From Dicyema japonicum (lineage: Eukaryota; Animalia; Dicyemida): a stretch of DNA of 64,000 bases. Under the pieces are notes generated by a model that was given only the letters and a program-made list of their open reading frames with translations, did not search any database and was not told the origin of the DNA. The position numbers and the translations under genes are program-made. This document shows positions 1 to 11,471 of this stretch, one piece after another; position 1 is the stretch's first letter, and each line of letters starts with the position of its first letter. Location of the stretch: assembly GCA_011109175.1 (NCBI GenBank), contig RDEW01000002.1:1244676-1308675 (forward strand), in the 5' to 3' direction.

Positions 1-135
1 CGAGCTGTGGTCGCCTTACGGGTGGGATCTGTCTGACAAGAATTGACCTTCGCTGAAAAAATCATCTTTCGGATTCAAACCCACGACCTTCAGATCTGAG
101 GTCATCAGACGTTACGTTAAGCCAGAAAGGGTCAC
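1..135 (-). mobile_element. tRNA-derived SINE family 1, head (runs off window start)
   Basis: Minus strand has A-box-like TGGCTTAACG and B-box-like GGTTTGAATCC; related copies at ~29030-29142 and ~52915-53035. Confidence 0.65.
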
Positions 136-239
136 AACTAAATACGAACGTTAGGCATTCATTCACAAACCGCTGCTGGAAGCACATTACAGACCAACTT
201 TGCATGAACACATGAAGTTTTCTTAACGAGCTAGTGAAA

Positions 240-842
240 TAATTATTATTAAAAACCAAAAATCACCGACAAATTAATTAACTACATAGCCGTCAGGTGA
301 TTCCGGCCGCCTCGAATAGCCATCTCATTCTTGCTCGATGTTCTTCCTGGGTTCCAACGCATTTCCGGATTGGGCGGGGGTTTCTAACTTTTTTGGAGGG
401 TAGTAAGGCTCCGGTTTTCCTTACTAATTTCTCAAAGGGTGTAGGGTTTAGAGGTTTCCAAGAAAACCTTTGCAAAGCCTTACTGGCCATTTTTTGGAAG
501 GTATTTATTTTTTCTATATTCCTGTTTGATAGTTGGTTCCTATCAAACAGGAAGGATTTATGGTTACACATGGAGCGGAGTTTGTCAATCTTCTGTTTGT
601 TGTGAAAATTGTTGTATAAGACTTTTCGGGACTTGCATGTAAAATGTTCTTAACGAGCCAACAGTTCAGATCGTCCAATAAAGCTTTTATCCGGTAAACA
701 GCAGTATTAACGGACTGGTCTTTGACTGCGACGATTATATCATCCGCATATGTCAAAACCAGAGTATCGTCACTGGTATAGGAGGGCATATCAATCAAGA
801 ATAGGTTGAATAGATGTGGTGAAAGTGGAGATCCTTGAGTGA
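240..842 (-). mobile_element. Jockey/I-group LINE 3' fragment (RT to 3' tail)
   Basis: QGSPLSP and YADDII motifs; (TAA)n-like tail at ~240. Confidence 0.8.
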
Positions 843-1589
843 CTTAATGATTGACTATATAGTTTTGGTTTACTTAAGTTATTATGACTTTTATAAAATT
901 AAAATAATAAATGTTAGAATTAAGTGATGTGTAAGCATATTGGATATATATTAGTAATGATATTATTAAATACAGTTTAAAATCTGGTTTGATTGTTACT
1001 GCCACATTTTTCCCATATGGAGTTAAAATGGCTGGTGTTAGATTCAGAGAAAGGAATCAGTCAACTGTGTTTAAAACAAAATTAGAAGCATCAGTTTATG
1101 AAATATTATAATTGCAGAGAGTATATTATGATACATTATTACTTGGTGGAATAAGGTATGGATTATTCTGGGAGTCAGAGTATTCTTCTTAGTCTCCTCT
1201 ACTATGATTTATATGAAACTTATTCAGTCTTATAGAAACAGAGATGGCATTTTAGAGTATTCTATTGGGTTTGGTTAGTTATTGCTTTTACTTTTTGGTA
1301 TTTCTGGGTTTTTCTATTGTATTCCACGTGGTTGGAGGGCTTCTATTGTTGGGTTTGGTTTGGCAGGTATTTTGGGGTTACTTTTATTATTTATTATAGA
1401 ACTATTGGAGGAACTTTTAAACATATTTTTAATAATAAATGATTTCCCTTTAACGAAACCAAATATTCCTGATTTTTCATTTTATCACTTCCTCGTTGAT
1501 AAAAATGGATGTGAATCTTCCTTTTGACAGGATCTTTTAGGCTATTCTCAAGGGGAAGTTCAGCCTTTTCCAAGAGTCTCTTGTCATTT

Positions 1590-1920
1590 CCGGAGACGCC
1601 TAGCATGGACCCATCGGAATACCTAATACTTTTGCAACTAAATATTAATGGGATCTCGAGATACGAACTGAATTTTTATCTTCTCACGACGTGGTATTGC
1701 TTTAATACAGGAAATTCTATTGTCACCATTATCACGTCTTACTCCACAATTCATGAGATACTCATCCATTCGCATGGATCGTCCTAAGGAAAGAATGGGG
1801 AGGGGTTATGACACTTGTTCGTGAAGGTATCCCCTTTACTAATTCAACCACATTTCTATCTTATGCCCATTTGGAGGTCATCTCGATGCTGATAACAATC
1901 AATGGAGAAAAAAAAGTAAT
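1590..1920 (+). mobile_element. LINE APE endonuclease N-terminal fragment
   Basis: LLQLNINGIS and RMDR..GVMTLVREGIPF motifs, frameshifted. Confidence 0.65.
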
Positions 1921-2289
1921 TCTCAATTTTTTTTTCGTGTCGTCCCCCATAATAACTATAGATACTAATATGTCGCGTCCGTGGTGATGACGCGTCCACT
2001 GGTCACATGTCAATCACTGTCAACCCACATGTCAGATGTCATGTGGCTTTGATCACTTATAATCGTGTCGGACATTTAAATATATAATATATTTTGCTCG
2101 ATGTTCTTCCTTGCTCGATCTTCAAGACAATTATTATTAAAAAGCACTCCCGAGAAAAAAAATAAGATTAGTTAAGTTTCCCTTGTGCCGTATCCCTAAT
2201 CATCCTCTTTGCCAGCCCCGACCATGATCCTCTGTTGCGCGCTAGTTCTCTTAGGTAGTCTAGATCGTCCGCCATTTCTATTATAATAT

Positions 2290-2720
2290 CAGATGCTGCC
2301 CACACTCTTTAACACAGTGAATCAGGTCCTGATGGGCTGATTTGCAGTCCATCCTCAAGACAAGCGAAATAAAAATTAATGAAAAAATCCGAGAAATTTA
2401 TTTTCATTGATGGTCGATTAGACCTCACAGACGAAAATTTTGAAAAAACACAGGAAATGATTGAAAGAATTGTCAAAGAGTGCACAATTTGCAAGTTTTC
2501 TACTCCACTTAAAGTAGAAAATTAATTTATATGATATATTTCCGATTCTAAATACTATGTGACTGCCAATAGACCTAATGAACGATTCCAGGCAGACCTC
2601 ATGGATGTTAAACAATTTAATAATTCAAATGATGGCTATAAATGGATTTTTACTGTCATTGATGTTTACAGCAAATATCCTATCTGTAAAGAACTTAAAG
2701 TAAATCTGCAATAGGTATAT
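2290..2720 (+). mobile_element. Degenerate Gypsy-type/Ginger-like integrase fragment
   Basis: Reads IVKECTICK...RPNERFQADLMDVKQF...YKWIFTVIDVYSKY with internal stops. Confidence 0.7.
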
Positions 2721-3443
2721 TCTTAATTTATTGGAATTTAGAAATTTGTGAAGCATTCGAAGAAATTTGTTTTGAAATCGACTAAAAAATCTTGCAAAGT
2801 TAATGGATGAATCAACTAAAAACTGGAAAAAATTTATTAAACGAAGCACCTTTACATAAAACACCACCATCCATTCCTCCACAAATGAAACTCCATTTAT
2901 AAAACTGAGAGGAGTTCAGGAATAAACACAGTCATTCCTGAGTATAAAAGTTTTTTTTTTAATTTCATAGAAATGAGAGTTCGGATGATGTTTCTCCACG
3001 AACATCAGAAGATATTGACGTGGAACATATTTCAGATGTTTCAGGTATAAAGTCTGCTAGAAAACTTAGATTCAGAACATTTTGATCTTAATTTTTTTCT
3101 AGAAAATCTATATTCACCCTATTTTATGCGGATGAACGTTCATTAATCAAAGTATGATTTTTCCATTGGAAATGAGGTATTTTTGGTGAATAAATTTAGA
3201 TACGAGTTTTAAAGGATTATGGGACTAATCCTAAAGTTGAGCAGATTTGAATCTCCATATGAAGAGCCAAGTAAAATTACTCAAATTTTGTCAAACAACC
3301 GAATAGAGGTTTATTTAATTTTTTATCACAGATTAAGGCAGGTTCAGGAGAATTGAAAATAGTCAACATAAGTCGAGTCAAGAAAAAATAAATTATTTGA
3401 TTTTGATTAGAAACGACAGGTGGCATGTAAATTGACAGGTGAA

Positions 3444-3589
3444 TGTAACACTGGATGGGTAACCCGGGGGGACATAATATTATAATTAAAATATTATATC
3501 TGGTGGTGATGAACGCGTTTGTTTTTATTAATCGCGGAGTGGGATATTATGTCACATGGGCAAGCGTTACCTATGGGCAGCCTGTTACA
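3444..3589. repeat. 146-bp TGTAACA...TGTTACA element (solo LTR or MITE)
   Basis: Imperfect terminal inverted repeats with TG..CA ends; flanks tgaa/ttaa. Confidence 0.45.
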
Positions 3590-3590
3590 T

Positions 3591-3660
3591 TAACCTTGAA
3601 CCAAGATTAACTTCAATTAATTTTATAACCTTGAACCAAGATTGACTTCAATTAATTTTA
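3591..3660. repeat. 35-bp tandem duplication
   Basis: taaccttgaaccaagatt(a/g)acttcaattaatttta x2. Confidence 0.9.
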
Positions 3661-3759
3661 TAAATGATTTATTAACCACAAAAAATTAAATTTAAGTAAC
3701 TTTTTTTAGTATACTGAATAATACAGTCGATATTTCTCCTTTCGATTTTTTTATTTATC

Positions 3760-4959
3760 AAATTAAACTATTTAAAACTACCTCCACGCGATTATTCGAT
3801 AAAATATTAATTATTTCTGCAACTGGATAATACTGATACTCAAACTTATCCAGTCGCAATGAGGGATTTGTTCCAAAGTTCTTTTTAGCCCGAACCTATT
3901 TATTAATGTTTGTGATTCATACTTTATCTCCCATGTTAAAAGTATATTTACTATTAATGAACATTCATTTCCTGTTCATAGCTTTGTAATAATTTGAATT
4001 TTCTTCAATCGATTTAATTTCGAAGTGAATCTCTTCGCATTCGGACGCAAATTATCTGACTGGGAGTTATCTAGATATAAATTTTTTAAATCAAACTACG
4101 TGATTTTTCAATAGATTCTGGAGTCGAACAATTAACCAAATCGTCAATTTGTTCTGGAATCGCACACTCATCACTTAAATTATCTAAGTCATAATGATAT
4201 AAGTATAACCATTAATTATTGAATTTATTCCCTTAATTCCTCGATATCTTTCGAAAGGACTTTCGTTAGAAAAATGAATGGACCGATATGTTGTAACTGT
4301 AGACAGCACTTTCTAATTTATCAAGCCACTTTTTTTCACTGTTATCCAGCATTTTTGACAACTTCCTCGTGATCGTCTGATTAAATCTTTCTACAATTCC
4401 TTGTGCTTGTGGATTGTTAGGCCTTCCGTGAATTTGCTTAATGTTAAAATCTTCGCAAAGTTTTGTTATTTCTTGATTTTTTAAATTCTTTTCTGATAAT
4501 CTCATTCTTTACAGTGAAGTATCTTTGTCGACATTCATACTCAATTTTATTGACTCCTCCGTGTGAAAACTCGTGCAACGATTTCGCAACATGCTCCATT
4601 TCGGTTTCATTATCCAGGGATATGACTAACTTGGAATCAGTTGATTTAAGATACAGTTTAAAATTATTGAAAATTTACAATACCTGTCATTGATAATAGA
4701 AAAAATTCTCTATCTTCTTTACAAGCCTATATTTTCGGTGCCTCGGAAGGTTTTCGGGAAATTTATCATGCAAAGCATCTTTTAAAGTTTGATATTCAAC
4801 GCAATCTTTCACAAAAAATTTTCATTAAATTTTTTATAAGTTTAAAAAAATTAATGCTGACTAAGTGAGCAATTACAGCGAGCGCCCTCATTAATTACCA
4901 TGAAATAATATATCCCATTTGAAGGAACGTTCCCCTTCTTTCAAAAACCACGAATAACA
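3760..4959 (-). mobile_element. Internally deleted Ginger-like integrase transposon
   Basis: LHEFSHGGVNK zinc-binding part joined directly to HGRPNNPQAQGIVERFNQT integrase core; terminal ~130 bp recurs at 11138-11254. Confidence 0.7.
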
Positions 4960-5520
4960 TTGTATGACTCCCCGCTTCCCATTAAGAAGACCCTTTCAAT
5001 CCTTGGAGTCATCCTGGATCCCCTACTCACATTTACCCATCAAATGGACTTAGTAACCGCGAAGGATCCAAAAGAAAATTGGAATTCTCAAGGCTTTCAC
5101 TCACTCTCCAATATCTTCCCGCTCATCGTTAGAGCTTCTATACAAACAATTTGTTCTACCTAGTATTGAGTACGCCTGTGTTGCATGGATTGTCCCCTTA
5201 TCAATATCGGCACAGAGCAAGCTGGAGGTTTTACAAAATCGATGTTTCTGAATACTATTGAGATCGTCGAAAACGACGTCCACCTCGTTACTGCGGAGGA
5301 CACTAAACGTCCCTCCACTCATGGAATACATTACGGAACGTGACCGGGATTTCCTTAAGATGGCAAAGTTTCCTGACCATCCCCTCGGACAGACCATATA
5401 TGGACGCCTGCCCGAGATAAGAGAAGAATCCTTCCCCACTGTGGAGATTAATCCAGGACTCCAAAACTAACCGCAGGAAAAGGACTGGCATGGACACCGG
5501 GATCATTTAATTATACGATA
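4960..5520 (+). mobile_element. LINE 3' fragment (RT thumb region)
   Basis: ILGVILDPLLTF and IEYACVAW motifs. Confidence 0.7.
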
Positions 5521-5559
5521 ACTTTTATTTTCTTTCTCGTGATTTTGGGGTTAATAAAA

Positions 5560-5740
5560 CAAATAAACCACGACCCAGGATCCCTTAGTTATCATAAAAA
5601 CTACCAGCTGTTTATGGATGACCTAAAACTATTCTCTCGAGAAGAAAGCATAACGATTATTATGAAGGAGGTTAATTCTTTCTTTGAAGCAGCTGGACTT
5701 GAGGTAAATGTCGAAAAATCTGCTACTAATACATGGTAAC
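5560..5740 (+). mobile_element. R4/Dong-like RT fragment
   Basis: LFMDDLKLF...GLEVNVEKSA motif. Confidence 0.45.
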
Positions 5741-5849
5741 AATTCTTCAAGATCCGAAGTATATTTGCAGTCTTTTCGATTGCGGATAGTTTCAGTGTGG
5801 AGGATCGTGAAATCTGCATTGCCCACGAAGGACTTGCATACGTCATCGT

Positions 5850-6381
5850 GAGTCGGATAAATTGTTCATAAACCGTGGCAAGGCTCCTAGTTTGGTCTCT
5901 AAGTGTTTTTGAGAGTGTTTTAAATTTTTATTTGCTACAGAACAGAAGTTACTTTGTTCTCAACATGTCGGATAAAGGTGAGTCGCCAATCAAAAGTGAC
6001 TCCCAGAATCCTCGGTGTTTTATTAATAGGAATAACCTCGTTTTTCATAATGATTTTTGGTTCGTTACAGAGCTGTCTTTTGTAATTGGTAAACAGCGTG
6101 ACAGAGGACTTTGTTGCTGATGTGTCGAGTCTCCGCTTAGAGATCCATGTTTCCAGCTTGTCGAGCATTTGTTGAGCGGACTGAGTCGCTGATTGAATGC
6201 TTCTGTCCTTGGAGACAAGAATGATATCGTCGGCATATAAAAAGATTAGGCAGTTTTTATTACAGGTTTTTTGGCATGTCGTTTATGTAGAGATTGATAA
6301 GTTGGGGTAACAGTGGGGAGCCCTGAAGGACTCCATTTGGAAAGTAGCGAGATCTTGATTTGATGTTGTTGCAGAGTACTT
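5850..6381 (-). mobile_element. Jockey/I-group LINE RT fragment interrupted by an RTE (continues at 9350-9403)
   Basis: GVLQGSPL, YADDII and ILGVTFD motifs; joins in frame across the RTE to KLWLGNFL. Confidence 0.8.
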
Positions 6382-9349
6382 ATTATTATTAAAGCACTTT
6401 CACGAAAGCCATAATGAGTACAGCCCCGCATGTGCAACACTCAAAGAAACAATATTTATAGTTAGTCTTTTCCATCTTCCTCTGTCGAATGCGAGTGATC
6501 TCAATTCGTTCAGGTCGTCCCCCGTCTTTAGATTTTTTCTCACACGATTTAATTCTTTGTTTAAGGCAGTCAGAAGTGTCGATCTAGGTCGTCCGCGGAA
6601 GGGTTTTTCGCAACTGTCAAAGTAATCTTCCATTGCTTGTGCGTCCGGGTTCACTCTTAGTACATGCCCAAATAGCCTCCACCGGGCATCTATCACATCC
6701 TTGCTGATGTAAGAACACATACACTTTGTAGATACCAGTGGTTGATATTCTACGTGGACACTCCATTCCGAGTAAGCTTCTTAGTTGCCTTCTATGGAAC
6801 GAATCCAGTTTCAATAGTTCGTTGAAGGAACTTCCCCATGTCCCAGCGTTGTACAGTAGGATCGGTTCACAAACGCGTTGTAAAGCCTGCATCTGATGTC
6901 AATTCCCGCATTTGCCAATGTTTTCCTCCTTAGTACATCTTCAGCGTCTCCTAGTAGAGAGCCGAGCTTATTAGTACGTCTCCATCTTTCATGAGTAATA
7001 TCGTCTTCCATAATTTCAGTTTTGTTACATTTACGCTGAGAAATTATTTCTCAAGCTTCGCAGGTGCATTTTTTAGTAGGTGTTGGAATGTTGTCACGTC
7101 CCGTGATACGAAATCCACATCATCCGCATAAGATGTCTATTCTATGTCTCCTATATAGCATTTACGGAGGTTGCGGAGTGCAGATTCAAGGTATATGGTG
7201 AATAGTAAAGGGGAGAGGGAATCACTCTGTGGTGTCCCAATCGTTGTTTTGAAACTGCGGGAAGTTGCTCCTTCTGTCTTCACAAATAGTCCTGTGTTCG
7301 CAAGTAGTAGTCTGATTATCCTAACCGACGATTCATCCAATATTTGTTCAAGCACATTCATCAGTTTCTGTCTGTTTATTGAGTCGAAAGCTCTGGAGAG
7401 ATCTATTCCCAACACGGTTGTTGCGCTCTTGAATCTTTGGTGCGTTGCGCAGCGCCATCTGTGGCTCCATACAATGTCTGCCGTAGACCTCCCTTCTCGG
7501 AACCCACTTTGACTTGCTGGTAGGTATACATCGCCACACCCTTTATCCGGCTTAGTGCAATGTTTGCCAGCACCTTGCGTATCGAATTCAGAAGTATTAT
7601 CGGGCGGAGATTTTTTACTGGTCCTTTTGATTTGTTTGTTTTTGTATGGGTATTAATAATCCATTTCCAAGTCCTAGATCGGTATTAGTTTCAAAGACGT
7701 CATTTAGGGTTTTTGCAATTGTGTCGCTAAGTTTTTTTGGCCCATATTTTAGGAGCTCAGGGCTTATGTTGTCCGGCCCAGCACTCTTGTTGTTCTTCAG
7801 TTTATCGCTAATTCCACCTCTTCCACTGTAATTGGGATTTTTAGCGCCTTTGCTTCTCCCTGGAAAAGGGGAAAGTCCTTATTTTCTTAATTCAACAGTG
7901 TTTCGAAGTGTCGTGCAATCAATTCTGCTTTTTCTTCCGGGTTACCTACGAATTTTCCATCTTTGTCTTTGATGTGAAGGGTGTTTTGTCCTTTCTTTGT
8001 CCGCAGCAGCCGCAAAGCCGCATACATCCTTGAATTGTCTTTTAGGCATTCCACATCTTTTAATAGGGATGTAATAATTTCCCGTGAGTGTTTTCTGTTC
8101 ATCTTTTTGATTTTCCATTTTAGTTCCCTTTGTTGGATATTAAGCTTTTTTTATACTCTCGTCTGACGTGTTTGCCTCTTTTAGCTGTAGCTCTCTACAA
8201 TGTTTTGCAATATGGCACGTTCGGGAAGTGATTTAATTTTAGGGCGTGATGATTTCGGACTCCAAGGCATATATTGGCCGACTTGGAGATTTGCCTGCTT
8301 TGTTTGATCCCACAGAGTTTGTACTGATGATTCCGGTGCGGTATTCTCCATAAGAGTCTCGATTTGTTCGTGATATTTAGCTCTACAAGTGGGCTCTAAC
8401 CACAATTTTTCTGTCTGAAAGTATATATTGGGTCTTTTTCTCGCCTTCTTCGCGTTTTCAATGTATGTTTTCCCAGTCAGGTGTTTTTTTACAGAAAGTT
8501 TTGCAATGACGATCCTGTGGTCGCTGTCAGTTGTTGTCCCCTGGTAGGAACGTGCATCATTTAGCAGGTATTTATCAGACTTTCGGCATATAATGTAGTC
8601 GATTTGATTATATATTTTCACGGTCTCCCCACAGAGTTTTTTCTTTGTCCGTGCCACGAGGTCTTGTGGCAAGCTGAGTACGTGAAGGCCGTGTTGCACA
8701 GGAAAGGTATTTGCCTCGCAGAAGTTACCAGAGAGGCTCCAGATGCATTTCTCCTTCCGCCCGTGTCGTCCAATAGAGGATTCTTCGGGACCCATTTGCA
8801 TTCCGGCCTTTGCATTCATATCCCCGCAACAAAGACAAGGACGAAGAAGCATTTTAGAGTATGTGTTTGATTGTTCTGAGTAGAATTCCTCGAGCTCACC
8901 GAAGGATTCATGATTACTCGTCCACAGTGTGGTGCATAGACTTTAATGACAGTTAATAGACTCTTGGAAAGGAATAGTTTATTTAGTTTGACTTGTAATA
9001 CACATATTCGGTCGTTGACTCTCCAATAGCGATGTAATTTTTTAGGTAATCCACGTATAGGGCAAATCCCATGCCGTAGTGCTTGCATTCAGTTGGGAAG
9101 AGAATCAGTCGGTAGTTGTTTCATATCTCATCGCGTCCATTTTCGATTTTCATCTTTTCTAGGCAACCAATAGATATTTTGTATTTCGAGAGATCGTCAC
9201 AAAGTACTTTCCTTGTCCAATCTTTCGATATTCCACGTACGTTGAACGTCATTAGCCTGAGTTCCTGATTGTATAATGAGTGTTTTTTAGACATTTTTCT
9301 TGGCCGTGGTACAGAGAAGAAACGAGGCACGTCACCACCTCACCAAACA
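6382..9349 (-). mobile_element. Full-length degenerate RTE-clade LINE (APE+RT), family A
   Basis: TFNVRG, NQIDYI, DSDH, IDLSRAFDS, YADD, RWRLFGHVLR and RGRPR motifs; (TAA)n tail; TSD agtactt at 6375-6381 and 9350-9356. Confidence 0.93.
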
Positions 9350-9605
9350 AGTACTTGTGCTACATATAAGAAGTTTCCAAGCCAAAGTTTCAAGAAGAAT
9401 GCCCAATATAATTATATTTTATTTTGAAATTTAATATTTTTTAATTTATTACTATTGAATATTGAGTGAAGTCTGTCAGATTTTTGTACTATTAATGACT
9501 AATATTTCTAAAATAGTGTTTTTAGCAGTGAAAAGATTATACCACAATTTAATTTGGGTGTGGCAAACCATTATTTAAATAGCTGTTTTTGACTTATGAC
9601 CATAA

Positions 9606-10719
9606 ATGAATATATTTGTGGGTGTAGAAGGAGGAGCTACCAATACAACTGTAGTCGTTCTCGATTATAAAGGAGATGTGTTATCCCAAACTTCAGGGGA
9701 CCGTCAAACCATTGGGTATTACTGATGATTAGCCAAAGCATATTGGGTATGAGGAATGCATAAAGAGAATCATGGAACTAATAAGAGATGCTCTTAAAGA
9801 AGCAAATGTTACAACTTCACGCGCAATTGTATGATTGGGTGTAATTATGAAGGGACTTGCTTTGGCAGGAGTAGATACATCAGATTGTATTCAAAAATTT
9901 CTCAATATTTGTTATGAGAATTACTCAGAGTTGGGGGAAAGTTATAGCATTGTCAATGATACTGTGGGGTCAATATATACAGCAACACCAAATAGTAGTC
10001 CTCTCTAATATTTATAGGTGGGATATCTCTGATCTCTGGAACAGGATCAAACTGTCTTTTACTAACGGAAAGTGGAAATAAAATAAACTGTGGAGGTTAT
10101 GGAAATTTGTTGGGAGATCAGGGATCTGGTTGAGACTTATTATAAGCAAAGCATATTGGATTTCTGAAAAGTTAATCCGAACAATAATAAGTGATTCTGA
10201 GGGAATTAAAAAATCAAATTATTCAATTAAGAAGGCTAAAAACTTAATGATGGAGCATTTTGAGGTTATTTATAATATTACATTTAGTTATCTCAACTCA
10301 CTGATCTTCTCACACTGTTTTATGAACAATACAATGTCTCTACGATTGCTTCTATTGCCAAACCTCTCGCTGGTTCTATTTAACTTTATTCAGATTTGGC
10401 CTTTGAGGGGGATCCTTTCTCGAAATCACTATTTTATAAGGCTGGCAGAGATTTGGGGAGACATGTGACTGCTGTTCTTGAGAAAACAGGGGATGAAACA
10501 GTCAGAGATATAGTCTGTACAGGATCTACATGGAAAAGCTGGGAATTGCTTAAAGATGGATTTATGTCAGGAATGGGATCACATAGTGATTACCGATTAC
10601 TATATCTCACTAAAACAGCAGCAATTGGAGCAGCATTGTATGCAGCTAAGAATTATAATATGGACATTGAGGATTACTGCTATGATAACAACTTTGAGAT
10701 TATATATTCTAACATATAA
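9606..10719 (+). CDS. NAGK: N-acetyl-D-glucosamine kinase (6 introns of 21-24 nt; one apparent missing G at ~9696)
   Basis: VGVEGGAT, SNHW, GLALAG, NDTVGS, LISGTGSNC, GGYGNLLGDQGSAYWI and GSTWKSWELLKDGF after GT-AG splicing. Confidence 0.92.
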
Positions 10720-11137
10720 CATTTACTTTATATTCGGGTTATTAACAATTTTATTTATTTTTAACATTTTTGTCTGAGAATGGCCAGGGTTTCTACGTTT
10801 GCAAGCTAGAAAACCCATTCAGAGAGAGGGTGGAATTTCATCTAACATAATCTATTATTCTGCAGACACAACAGAAGACACTTTGGTTGCTAGCCAATAT
10901 CTCAAGGAGAGTTCGGATAATATTGGAGACTAGGATCTTCTAATTAGTAGGTTTAACCTTTCTTGGTGGTCTTGCAGTTTTAATAATAATATTTAGAACT
11001 ACATTGGTTGATCATAATAATTTAAACTCAGAGTAAACACTCAATATTATCAATGTAGAAACAAAGTTATATTGCATTTGATCCCCGAAACGATTCTCTA
11101 TTGGTTAGAGTAGTATCTACTAAACATCCTAGCGCAT

Positions 11138-11254
11138 CATTAAATTTTTTATAAGTTTAAAAAAATTTAAGCGACCGCCCTCATTAATTACCATGAAATA
11201 ATATATCCCATTTGAAGGAACGTTCCCCTTCTTTCAAAAAAGCCCATAATAAAC
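11138..11254 (-). repeat. Second copy of the terminus of the 3760-4959 transposon
   Basis: Near-identical to 4823-4959 with an internal deletion. Confidence 0.85.
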
Positions 11255-11471
11255 AAGGAAATGCATTTGTAAACAAGAGTTTTCATGTGATATCCAAAAG
11301 TATAGTTCATCTAGAGAGGAAGAAGATTGAGATTACTGGTGGACAACCCAAAATTGTTATGACCTAATTTTGGTTTAAATCCTAAAAGTGTGACTGATAT
11401 GTAATCTTAATGAGCCAATCGAAAAATAAACAAAAAGCTAAGAATATTTTAACGTTTAAAGAATATTCACA

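Noticed and set aside
60-112. Hammerhead ribozyme (CTGATGA...GAAA on the minus strand of the SINE1 head)
   Set aside because: Stem II cannot close (C opposite C), no stem I/III with an NUH site, and the region fits a tRNA-like A/B-box head better
850-1530. Minus-strand coding-like frame with many TAA/TAG/TGA, suggesting stop-codon reassignment
   Set aside because: Recognisable host genes end at TAA or TGA and have no internal stops once spliced and indel-corrected; more likely decayed sequence
3591-3660. CRISPR-like or other prokaryotic array
   Set aside because: Only two adjacent units with no spacers; eukaryotic context
7171-7512. Antisense ORFs over RT regions (also 35416-35766 and 61903-62379)
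   Set aside because: Shadow ORFs of GC-richer retroelement coding strands with no independent support
10780-11040. Possible small minus-strand gene between NAGK and Groucho
   Set aside because: No consistent start, splice model or recognisable homology
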